64,000 nt of DNA. Source: Octopus bimaculoides. Its lineage: Eukaryota. The first letter of the stretch is position 1. Each line of letters opens with the position of its first letter. Below are positions 25,291-36,711 of this stretch, piece after piece. The DNA is taken from NCBI RefSeq assembly GCF_001194135.2, contig NC_068982.1, forward strand, positions 36,345,248-36,409,247, written 5' to 3'. A model generated the notes under the pieces. The model searched no databases, was not told the DNA's origin, and saw nothing but the letters and a program-made list of their open reading frames with translations. The translations under genes were made by a program, and so were the position numbers.

Positions 25291-25344
25291 AGCGCTCCAC
25301 TAGCACAGATGCCAATTATTGAATTTGATTTCAATTTCAATTTC

Positions 25345-25475
25345 ATACATAGCACATGACCATACCAGTGCAGTTGTATCTCTTGCACACCACATCTGAT
25401 GCTTCTTATGTCCAACATTTCTCTTGGGGCCCTTACACTCTGTCGTGTGTGCACACTGACATTACACATCCAGCG
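25345..25475 (-). mobile_element. RTE ORF2 fragment abutting a family B SINE 3' half (25480-25720)
   Basis: RWMCNVSVHTRQSVRAPREMLDIRSIRCGVQEIQLHWYGHVLCM is the typical post-RT region of RTE ORF2. Confidence 0.8.
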
Positions 25476-26505
25476 GATCGTATGTGTGTATGTGTATTTG
25501 TGTTTGTCTCTTACCACTACTTGGCAACCAGCATTGATTTGTTTACATCCCCATAACTTAATGGTTCTGCAGAAGAGACTGATTGAATAAATACCAGGCT
25601 TAAGAAAAAAAGAAAACAAATCCTGGGGTGGTGGTGATGGTAGTGATTCATTTGGTTAAAACCCTTCAAGGCAATGCTCCAGCATGGCTGCAGTCCAATG
25701 ACTGAAGCAAATAAAAGATAGAAGATAACTGTAATTTATTTCTTAGTTGAAAAACAAAAGCAAAACCTTGCAGCAATTATCTGCAACTCTGAAAGAAAAG
25801 GAAAATAACTTCAATAAATTAAGAAATAATTTCTGAAAGTTAACTTCTTTTTTTTAATCTTGTACAAACAAGATCTTTGAATGAGAAACTATGCATTTTT
25901 GCCATTCTAGCTCACATGGTTTTGTTTTCTTTCTAGTTCACAACATAAAAACAAGTTAATTCCTCAATTTAATTATTCCCTTAGATGAAACTTTCATGAG
26001 AATAACACATATATTAAAGAATTATTAATTTTTTTCTATGAGGTCGAGTCATTTTTTTGAGTTTATTGTGCAAGTTTATTGAAATGGCATTCATACCTTG
26101 CTGGTTATTAATTTACTAACACTAGGAGAATAAAAGGTATTGTTAACATCTGAAAAATTTGAATCCAGTAAATGAAAGCACAAACCATGTTAATATAAGG
26201 CATCCAGCCCCAGTCTCAACTCTGTTATCCTCACATTAAATTAATAATGAATTATTTTCCCTTGGTACAAAGTCCATATTTTGTATGAAGGGGAAGTACA
26301 GTTAATTGAGACAAGTCTAATTTATTATTGGTGCTTATTTTATTTATCATGTGGGGTGAAAAATCAAATTTGATTTGAAGTAAATTTGAATCTGTGAGAC
26401 AGATATAATGTATCAAATCCACTATTGCTTGCTACTAAAATATAGTTCTACAAAATATAAAAAATTGTTATTATTATTATTATTATTATTATTGTTGTTG
26501 TTGTT

Positions 26506-26543
<38 letters not shown>

Positions 26544-26579
26544 TATCATTATTATTATTATTATTATCATTTTTTTTTA

Positions 26580-26760
26580 AGGTGGTGAGCTGGCTGAATT
26601 ACTAGCATTCCAGAGAAAATGCCTAGTGGTATTTCATCTGCCTTTATGTTCTGAGTTCAAGTTCTGTTGAAGTCAACATTGCCTTTCATCCTTTTGGGGT
26701 CAATAAAATAAGTACCAGTTGAGTACTGGGGTTGATGTAATCAACTTACCTCCTCTCCTG
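26580..26760 (+). mobile_element. Family A SINE
   Basis: ggtggtgagctggc..gttctgagttcaag..gcctttcatccttttggggtcaataaaataagtaccagttgagtactgggg. Confidence 0.75.
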
Positions 26761-27194
26761 AAAGAATTGAATTGCTTCCAACTTTGGAGTGAGAGCTTTG
26801 ATTTGTAAAGAAATATCTTCTTCCACACACAAACTACTAACATGCATAAATGTTCCCAAAAACTCAAATAGAAAGAAACAAGTTTTGGGGACATTAAATG
26901 GAGGTAAAAAAAAAAAGAACCTATTTAACTTCTCTAAAAACTTAACACACGGACACATAGACACACACACACACATATGTACATACAAAACAGTATTTCG
27001 AGCAATTTAAATGACACAATAAATGATAACAGTAGCAACAATAACACGTTTTTATTTTTGTTTTAACTAATAAAGCTTAAACTAATGTTGGGAAAATATT
27101 TCCAGCTTTCTTTTGTTCTCTGGTATGTAATCTAATAAGACAGAATTTAAATAGGAATTAAGTGGTAAAGAAAATGTTTGCTTGGCAGAGCCAT

Positions 27195-27362
27195 GTTACC
27201 AGCAGCACCAGCAACAACACCACCACCAGTACCAGTACCAGCACCAGCATCACCACCAGCAGCAGCAGCACCACCACCACCGCTGCTGCCATCGTCATCG
27301 TCGTCGTCGTCGTCATTATCACCATCATCATCATCATCATCATCATTATTATCAACATCATC
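27195..27362. repeat. Compound trinucleotide repeat (CAG/CAC/CGT/CAT)
   Basis: Directly visible; it explains the poly-Q/H/S/T ORFs on both strands. Confidence 0.9.
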
Positions 27363-27739
27363 TCCTTTGATGTGGTTGAACAGCCAATCCCAACCAGTTG
27401 GGATTCATGGTATAAGGTTGTTCTATCTATCCTTTCAATCACTGAATAAAAAACATGGCTTGTGAGACCTCCATTCAGGTCATTTTCCTGAATCACCATC
27501 TTACCCTTGTACACCAATCCATCACAAGGTTACACGTTTATAGTTGAGGAAACTGGAGCAATGTGAAATGAAGTGCTTTGCTCAAGAACACAATGCATAG
27601 TTGGTCTAGAAATTGAAACCACAATCTCATGATATAGAGTGCAACACCCTAACCACTAGGTCATGTACCTTCACTATGTTACAAAGGAAACTATATCTCT
27701 ACTTCAGTTCCTTTTGAACAGTGAGGATGAAAGACAGTA

Positions 27740-27960
27740 TATCTCTGGATCTTGAAAGTTACAGAGACTTTTCTCATTCCTGTGAAAGAGCAGGCAGCTC
27801 TAGTATGGGACAATTGACAAAGATAGAGCCTAAAAGCCCCTATGATAGTATTCAAAAGCTGAGGATGAGAAGAAAAAGCAGGCCAAGATGTTCCATTACA
27901 GACTTACCCAGAAGCTTGTGCAACAATATTTGGGGCAGTGTAACAGATGAGATGCAGTAA
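27740..27960 (+). mobile_element. Possible decayed RTE/LINE ORF2 C-terminal remnant
   Basis: MGQLTKIEPKSPYDSIQKLRMRRKSRPRCSITD loosely fits the GHxxRM...GxRxxGRPRxxxxD LINE C-terminal motif. Confidence 0.4.
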
Positions 27961-28070
27961 AGGTTGTGGCTGATTAAGTTGACTCTATTCTTTAGAGGTG
28001 GTTATTGAAAATTCCCTGCCATTAAATTGTGTAAAACAGAATTAATGTTTACTTATACATAGACATTAGT

Positions 28071-28410
28071 GAAGGCACATGATTCAGTGGTTAGACCGTT
28101 GGGCTCACAATCACGAGGTAGTGAGTTTGATTCCTGAACTGAGCTGTGTATTGTGTTCTTGAGCAAGACACTTTATTTCATGTTGCCTCAGTTCACTCAG
28201 CTGTAGAAATGAGTTGCAACATCACTGGTGCCAAGGTGTATCAACCTTTGCCTTTCCCTTGGATAACATCGGTGCTGTAAAGAGGGGAGGTTAATATGCA
28301 TTGGCAATTGCCATCAACAAACTTGCATGGACTTGTGCCTTGGAGGGGAACTTTCTAGGTGCAATGCCATGGTCATTCATGACTGAAGGGGTTCTTTACA
28401 CTTTTTTTTT
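28071..28410 (+). mobile_element. tRNA-derived SINE (family D); partial minus-strand relatives at ~27500-27675 and ~41040-41225
   Basis: gattcagtggttag..gagtttgattcc head followed by tgtgttcttgagcaagacactttatttc core. Confidence 0.7.
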
Positions 28411-30018
28411 ACCCCAGACATTTGACAAGAGAGTTGCAAGAGGAAGAAAATAACATTGAGTGAAGCTCATACTTTCCTCAAGTGCATGAGCAGCTGATAT
28501 AAGTGAGGCAAAGTGATTACTATGATTTAGAATGAAAATTAGAGTATGAAACTTGCCACTGGTTTACTGCTACCCAACAACAACACCACCACGATTTTTA
28601 ATGAGCCAACATTAAATTACTAATGAAGCTCATCACCACCATCATTATCTTTATCACTGTCATTTCTGATTCCTCACTTATCTTCACTGGTTATATTTTG
28701 CATTTCTATACTGTTACATTTCTGACAGCGTATATAGAAAGAGTTGTGAAATGTAAAGGGGTTTTTAAGGGTCTTGATTTCATGCAGTTGAGAAAATATA
28801 TATTGGACCCTAGATATGATGCCTCTCTGTCATAGAGAGTAACATTTTAAGTGAGCCCAACAAAATACCTTCAACAAATTTGATAAAAGTATTTGTTGTT
28901 GGCTGTTTCTTATGTACAAGAATCTTAGTTTGCTCCTGATTGAATTGTTCCTCCATCTGATGGCATCGATGATTGAGAAGACCATTTGTGTGAAGCAGGG
29001 AAGAACAGAGATGGCAAAGAAGAGTTGAAAGAAGGCATGATTGTTGTTGCTGCATACCCATATAAAAGTATTTGTTGCATTACAACTGTGTATTTTCTCT
29101 GCAAACCTGTTGAGAGATACTTTTTTCATAGTCACATTTTACAATTTTTAATAAATTGACTACTAGCCTCTACACTATTTAGTTTTGTTTTTCTTCATCC
29201 TGAGTGAAAATCTTGCCAGTATCAACTATACTTTTTATTGACCATTGCTCAATAAAATAAACTCCGGTAATTCACTAGAGTTAATTTAAATATCTATGCT
29301 TCTACTAAAGATTAGATCTTGTACCTTATCAAAAAGATTTAGATGTGAATGTTGATTTACTGTATAAAACTGATAAAAAATGGGCTGGAAGTTTATAATC
29401 TCACCATTTTATTGCTCTGGATTAGTGAAGTGTGGAGAAAATTATTCAATTTAAGTGTCATTTATGGTTATATGAGATAATGTGGATCTTGTTGAAATAT
29501 AAAGGCGCACAAATAAGTCCCACATAAAGTGTCTCACCAGTTTTGATAGATTTGTAGGTACCTTGCCTAGTTCCCAAGCAAGGAAATACTTACCAGAATG
29601 ATTACAATTAGAGATGGTTGAACTTTAAATTTGATAGTCTGCATTGGTTGGTGTTGTGGTAAAACACTAGAATGCTTTGTTGAAGGTCAAAGTGTCACAG
29701 AACTGCCAAAACTGCTGTTTAACTGCTCTTCTGCAAAAGAAACAGGTTTTTTTTTTTTCCTTTTTTTATGATGAAATATTTATTTTCTGCTACAAGTGGA
29801 AATCAAAGCAACTGACTGTACTGTCTGTAAACACTGGTCAACAACTCTTTGATGTTGTCTTTCAATAAGACAATAGCACAACCTTTTAGACTGTAGTGGA
29901 AGTGAGAGCAGCAGAGGTTAACAGCTCATTGTTGTTGTTTTAGATGCCAGTAATGTAATAAAATCCCTTATTTCTCCTCTAACTATTTTTGTCCTTGCTA
30001 GTGTTGTCAGGCAAATAT

Positions 30019-30152
<134 letters not shown>

Positions 30153-30441
30153 GTATATATATTGTTATTGCTGGTTTCATAATGGTTGATAATGTTGGTG
30201 CCATTAATGTAAACACTTCTGTATTCATGTTTTTGTCACAGTTTTTACCTTTGTTGTTTCTAATGTTAGTGGTGTTACATAACTGATACTCCTTGCTTTG
30301 TGCTAAAAGAATCAATCCTGGTGGAAAGTGCCAAAATCATTATGGTTTCATATATATACTAATGATAAGGATGTGTATGATCAATAGCTGCGTTCATTCA
30401 CACACAAGCACACATGTATTTATATATATATATATATATAT

Positions 30442-31125
30442 TGCTGAAAAAAATAAACTTCACTTGGTTTTTGTTAACATGGAGAAAACTTTTGAGAGGG
30501 TTCCCCACTCCCTTACCTGGTAGTCAATGTGGAAGCTTGGGATAGATAAGTGGCTGGTGAGAGTTGTACAAGTCATGTACAAGGATGCAGTCAGTAAGGT
30601 GAAAGGCAGTGACGAGCATAGCGATGAATTTAGTGTACAGGTAGGAGTTCATCAAGGAACAGTTCTCACCTACCTTTTGTTTATCATATTTCTGTAGGTC
30701 ATAACAGGGGAATTTAAGACTGTTGCCCTTCAGGGTTCCTCTATGCTAATGATTTTGTTTTTATAGCAGAATCACCACCAGAATTAGAGAAGAAACTTCA
30801 GGTGTAGAAGCTAGGTCTGGAATCAAAGGGTTTTAAAGTTAAATTACCAAAGACTAAAGTCCTAGTAAGTAGGAAAGCAGACAAATTGTTAATCCCTTCA
30901 GGAAGATGGCACTGCTTGATATATAGAAAAGGTGTTGATAGAAATTCCATAATGTGTACCCAGTGAAAGTTACAGACATGTAAAAGGTGCAGCAGTATCA
31001 GAAGAAAGTTAACAGAGAAAGTAGTCTTTGTGGATGGCAGATGTGCAGGTACAATAAATAGTAGATAACTTCCATTACCTTGAGGACCAAGTTAGCAAGG
31101 GAAGAGGATGCTCTGGCAGTATAAT
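30442..31125 (+). mobile_element. Decayed RTE RT fragment
   Basis: AEKNKLHLVFVNMEKTFERVPHSL, VGVHQGTVL, FLYANDFVFIAES (YADD variant) and GFKVKLPKTKVL; collinear with the 10-788 copy but more diverged. Confidence 0.85.
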
Positions 31126-33016
31126 TGGAAAATAATATTAACTTAAGGAATAATCAATCTAGAGCTATAAGCGTATGAATTAACTAAAACACATAAACAA
31201 ATACACATTGCTAGCAACACCAATAAAACTTACATAAACATGAAAACATAATTAAAATGAAGCAAACATAAACTAACAGAATAACATACCACTTTAACTA
31301 TCCGGTTTCAGTCATCTTGAAATGAGTCAACTTGGGAATAAACCAATGCATATCAATATCTATTAAATATAAACCGCAATTACAGAAATTACATTTAAAC
31401 CAATATTTCCACCTAAAAAAAACATAATAATAGAAATGAAAGCAGTATTTATACTGAGAAGTAATGCTTATAACTACTTAAACGTGGGTGTTTTATAAGA
31501 ACAGACAATACTGCTATTTCAACACTAGGAGGATGCCTCCTCGAGTTGGTTATTCAGTGTGCTTCACAATGCAAAAAAGGGTAGTGTAAGATATGCTTTC
31601 AGAGAAACATTGGCTATCACAAACTTTTACAGACTCAGCTATCAGCCCATACAGTAATCACTTACAAGAAGTAATATAAAGTGTCCATGTAATTGAAAGT
31701 ACAGAAAATCCAAATGATAAATTATACTGTGAGGAGTATATGAAGCATAAGGAGATGTGAGAGGTGAATATAGATTTATTTAACCATGTGGCTTCTATAG
31801 GATTATGGCTGTTTTGCAACCTTCTTCATGTAGTATTAATTTCAGTCTGCAAGAACTTATATATACATATTTGCAATTATATGTAAGTTCAGCATTATAC
31901 AATACAATTAATACAAATAAAGAAAGCTAGTTCATCTGATCACCAGAACATATGCCTTCTCATCTTCCAAATTTTAAGTAATTATAATACAAATTTGGGT
32001 AGCATATACTTTACTATCTAAAAAACCCCAAATTTTTCAAAATGGAAAATAAAGTATTTGATTCACTAGCACATTTGGATGCACATGTTTGAATGCACAT
32101 ACATGGGTGTGTGAAGACGTATTTTACTAAATATCTGTTTTTTTCCCCATAAGTACATCAAACATGCATTCCACTGTGTGTGAGTCTGTGCGTTGTGTGC
32201 GTGCATGTGTGTGTGTGTGTGAGTGCATGTGCGTGCATGCATACATGTGTGTGAATATTTACACATAGATACATATGTTTACAAATGCATACTTGCAATT
32301 TTATTTGGTCTGTTGATTGTATGTGTCAACAGCTTGAAAAGTAATAAAGTGACTCTAGATTGTGTCAGCAATATAGATTGATGGTTATCATCTTGTCATT
32401 CACATGATACTGTTGAGATTGCAAGATGACATGGACCATTACAAACCACCCAACCTATAAGCATATGGAAGAATATATGCATGATGATAATGGTGAGGAC
32501 ACACACACACACACACGAGCACATGCACACACACACATGTATATACATACATACACACATACATACATACATACATACATACATACATACATGCATATAC
32601 ATATATATATGTATGTTTGTATGTATGTATATATATATATANNNNNNNNNNNNNNNNNNNNNNNNNNNNNNNNNNNNNNNNNNNNNNNNNNNNNNNNNNN
32701 NNNNNNNNNNNNNNNNNNNNNNNNNNNNNNNNNNNNNNNNNNNNNNNNNNNNNNNNNNNNNNNNNNNNNNNNNNNNNNNNNNNNNNNNNNNNNNNNNNNN
32801 NNNNNNNNNNNNNNNNNNNNNNNNNNNNNNNNNNNNNNNNNNNNNNNNNNNNNNNNNNNNNNNNNNNNNNNNNNNNNNNNNNNNNNNNNNNNNNNNNNNN
32901 NNNNNNNNNNNNNNNNNNNNNNNNNNNNNNNNNNNNNNNNNNNNNNNNNNNNNNNNNNNNNNNNNNNNNNNNNNNNNNNNNNNNNNNNNNNNNNNNNNNN
33001 NNNNNNNNNNNNNNNN

Positions 33017-33061
<45 letters not shown>

Positions 33062-33239
33062 CTCTCTCTCTCATTAAAGCATTAAAAAGAAATAGCATAA
33101 ATTGCTGTTGTGGCTATTCATTGAGCTACTGGATCATGCTTTCTCTGCCTGCCTTCAACACAGTGCAGACTCCTGGGGCTTTGTAGTTGTTGAGTTTCTT
33201 CAGGGTGGCACTGACTTCATCTTTCACTAGATTCAGTGC

Positions 33240-33410
33240 AGCAGCTGTGGGCTAGAAGAGGTATTATAGCAGGCCCTGCTTGCATCAGATGGCTGGACAT
33301 GATTTAGGAAGTTCTCTAGAGGCTTGATGTCACCTTGGAAGATGCAGAGGGGCTGGCATGGGACTGCCAGCGATGAAGAGCACTGGTGAACCTGGTTGGC
33401 TCTATTGTAT
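33240..33410 (+). mobile_element. LINE (RTE-like) ORF2 C-terminal remnant
   Basis: RGIIAGPACIRWLDMI...LEDAEGLAWDCQR*RALVNLV resembles the GRPxxRWLD...AxDRxxWRxLV LINE end. Confidence 0.5.
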
Positions 33411-34174
33411 GATGATGCCTCTGGGACTACTAACTTGGAATGACCCCAGCCCCACCAAGCAAGAGAACATGAAACCAAGCCAGGCTATTGATTAAAGCAA
33501 CATATTTCAGTGAAAAATATCCTTTAATTATTTAATACTTATGCAGTAAAGAGATAAATGAAATTTAAATTGCACTAAGTGAATCTGTTGATTCAATTAG
33601 AAATAACTTTAAAGATACACTTGAATTGCATTTAAGAGTGAACTGCAATATGATGTATACAAGATTTGGCTGTGGTGGAAAAGAATGTAAATTTAAAGAA
33701 ATATTTGAAAAGAATGTTAATTAATGTCAGTATTGAAAGCACATTGTTTAATGGTTACCTACAATTCCATATCAAACAGAACAGTGATATTTGTTTCTGA
33801 CATTCTTTATTTTCAGGTAAAGCCAGATTAAGTAGACTTGTGATTAAAATGATTTCACCTGTGACCATTCCCTCATTTTGTACATCTAGGACAGGAATGG
33901 GTAACCCTTTTCAAGAAGCAGGTTACATGAGATATGACTCAGTAGCAGGTGGCTAACATGACTAAAATACTTCCAGATAATTTTTTGTTAGACTTGCCAT
34001 TCAGAAAGTCCTGCAGGCTGCAACTTGCTCATCACTAATCTAGGACTTCATTGCTCAATGATTGGATTTGATTTGAATGAATTTAGTTGCTATCTTTTAC
34101 AAGACTAATGACCATGTCGCGGCTCATTTGTTGGCATGTATTGATATTTGTTGATATTAACTGTGGAAAGAAGG

Positions 34175-34385
34175 TGTCAAGCTGGCGGAATTGTTAGCAT
34201 GCTAGGCAAAATGCACAGCAGCATTTTATCCATCCTTACACTCTGTGTTCAAATTCCACTGAGGTCATTTTAACTTCCATCTCTTTCAGGGTTGATAAAG
34301 CAAGTACCATTGTAACACTGGAGTCGATGTAATTGACTTACCCCACTACCCTAAATTTGCTGGCCTTGAGCCAAAATTTGAGATG
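34175..34385 (+). mobile_element. Family A SINE (another copy at ~35965-36145)
   Basis: gctggcggaattgttagcatgctaggc..gttcaaattcc..gttgataaagcaagtacc..ccaaaatttgag. Confidence 0.7.
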
Positions 34386-34949
34386 GATATTAACTGCAGA
34401 AAGTTATTTCAAAGCAAAGTTAGATGGGCTATTGCTTCTTGGAACTCTAAGACAGCTATGAAATGTTAATAGCTTTGAAATCTTGCTTTCTCATATGAAT
34501 TCCATCACTTCAATAATTATGAATTTGTTTAAAACTAGGAATGAATACAATAAATCAATGCAGCCTGTTTTCTTTTAAGTGCGAATTGTCTGCAGCGGAA
34601 AGTATTGATGTAAAGCTTAGCCCATAAGAAAACACATTTTATATAATTGAATCAAGAGTATTCAAATTAAAAGTGAGTTCATCTAATAAAATGTTGGAAG
34701 TTGAATAGTCAAACTATGGGTGTTGAGTAGTTATAAGTTGGATTCAAGCGTGCTGAATGTTTTTTTTCAGGTTATGGATGATGAGTGACTGAGTGAGTGA
34801 TTGACAGCTGGCTATTTATCTTCTGGTCATTGGTAATTGGCATCTTAACTGATAAACTAGTTGATAGGTTGAATCTTGAATCTAAGAAAAATAATAATGA
34901 TTTGTGTTGGCAGCAATTCGTCTGTGGGAGAATGAAGATTAAATGCTAA

Positions 34950-35417
34950 AAACCTTCACACTTGACAGCTCACCGAGGCGATGACTACGGACCGAGACCT
35001 TTGGAAATGGGCTGTGCGTGAGAAGACCCGGCAAGCCAAGTAAGATCGTTGCCAGTGCCCCTGGACTGGTTCTTGTGCGGGTGGCACATGAGATGCACCA
35101 TTTTGAGCGTGGCCGTTGCCAGTACCGCCTGACTGGCTCCTGTAGGATTTTCGAGCGAGATCGTTGCCAGTGCCCCTGGACTGGCTTGTGCGGGTGGCAC
35201 ATAAAAGACACCATTTCGAGCGTGGCCGTTTTCGTGCGGGTGACAAGTAAAAGCACCCACTACACTCTCTGAGTGGTTGGCGTTAGGAAGGGCATCCAGC
35301 TGTAGAAACTCTGCCAAATCAGACTGGAGCCTGGTGTTGCCATCCGATTTCACCAGTCCTCAGTCAAATCGTCCAACCCATGCTAGCATGGAAAGCGGAC
35401 GTTAAACGATGATGATG
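34950..35417 (+). mobile_element. Young 5'-truncated RTE LINE (ORF2 end, 3' UTR array, (GAT)n tail)
   Basis: [24 protein letters not shown] then a CpG-rich UTR; 147/147 identical to 39930-40076 (inverted) and 218/220 identical to 63781-64000 (inverted). Confidence 0.88.
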
Positions 35418-36150
35418 TTATGTTTTTCTTTATTTTACTATTTGGTGGATTGGAATTTGCCTTCTTGCTCTCTTGAATGCCATGCAGAAACAAACAGACT
35501 AGTTAGGCGTTACTTGACTTTTTATAATCTGCATGAATGTGTATGTACAGGTTTGTGTGTATGGTGAATATTTTTTTGAAGTATTGTGGACTGGTAAGCA
35601 AATTTGTAGAAAAATTTGATCTTTTTGAGAAATTCTATTCAAAGAGGACTTCCATTCACTTTATTCAAAAGATAGATTGAGCATTGCTAAATGATTGTGA
35701 GGTACCTTTGAAAAGCTTGGCAGTAATAGATTATGCTAAGTTCAGAAATGTTTGAGAGATGTTTTACATTAATGAGCTTTCTAAACTTATTCATTGTCGT
35801 TGATCTTAATGCAAGAGGATTTGTTAAATTTAAAGGTAACTTATTGACTGAACTGCTACGAATTTTCTCCAAACTGAAAAAAAATTAAAATTAATTTTCT
35901 TTATGTTACATTTCAAAATGCTATTGAGTAGCACAATATATTTTATTAAATTATCCAAAAGAAAGCAGCAGGCTAGCAGAATTGTTAACACAGCAGACAT
36001 AATGCTTAGCAGCACTTCTTTCGGCTTTACATTCTGAGTTCAAATGCTACTGAGATCGATTTTACCTTTCATCATTTTGGGATTGATAAAATAAGTACCA
36101 GTTGCATTATGGGATCAATGTAATCAACTTATTCCTACCCCTGATCATGA

Positions 36151-36711
36151 CAGTCTCCTGTCATTGCCTCTGTGAGGCAATGACAGGAGACTGAGACCTC
36201 TGGAGACATGCTGTGATTGAGAAGACCCAGAAACTAAAGTGAGATCGTAGCCATGCATGTCTGGCCCAGTTAAGAGTACCCCTGATACATCAGGCAATAT
36301 GATATGCTTGAGAAGACCTGTTGAGTCAACTAAAGCCAATTTCGTAGCTGTGGCTAGTGCCCCCTTGCTGGCTCCTGTGCTGGTAGCACGTAAAAAGCAC
36401 CATCCGAACATGGCCGATGCCAGTATCCCCTGACTGGCTCCCATGCCGGTAGCATGTAAAAAGCACCATCTGAATGTGAGCAATGCCAGGTCTGCCTGAG
36501 TGGCTCCTGTACCAGTGGCATGTAAAAAGCACCCACTACATTCTCAGAGTGGTTGGCATTAGGAAGGGTATCCAGCTGTGGAAACATTGCCAGATCAGAT
36601 TGGAACCTGGTGCGGCCGCTGGCTCTCCAGACCTCAGTCAAACCGTCCAACCCATGCCAACATGGAAAACGAACGTTAAACGATGACGATGATGATGATG
36701 ATGATGATGAT
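36151..36711 (+). mobile_element. 5'-truncated RTE LINE with a 5' fold-back and three 66-bp UTR units
   Basis: EAMTGD*DLWRHAVIEKTQKLK*; taaaaagcacc anchors at 36391, 36457 and 36523; (GAT)n tail. Confidence 0.85.

Noticed and set aside
27158-27517. Poly-Q/H/S/T ORFs resembling a low-complexity protein exon
   Set aside because: Open on both strands in several frames purely because of trinucleotide repeats; no splice or homology support. The same applies to 43356-43766, 44993-45199 and 47079-47389.
28730-29135. Overlapping ORFs with plausible splice signals (e.g. MEEQFNQEQTKILVHKK...)
   Set aside because: No recognisable homology and no partner exons; consistent with chance ORFs or an unrecognised decayed TE.
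31200-31480. Strand-biased AT-rich tract suggesting a mitochondrial insertion (NUMT)
   Set aside because: No convincing mitochondrial protein, tRNA or rRNA match by eye under the invertebrate mitochondrial code; BLAST against octopus mtDNA would be decisive.
35706-35873. 168-nt open minus-strand segment with a strong acceptor (symmetric phase-2 exon candidate)
   Set aside because: Weak donor (AAG|GTACCT), no recognisable protein similarity and no neighbouring exons.
36330-36540. Regularly spaced 66-bp repeats as a CRISPR-like array
   Set aside because: Whole units are homologous (no unique spacers), they lie in an RTE 3' UTR, the context is eukaryotic, and there are no cas genes.
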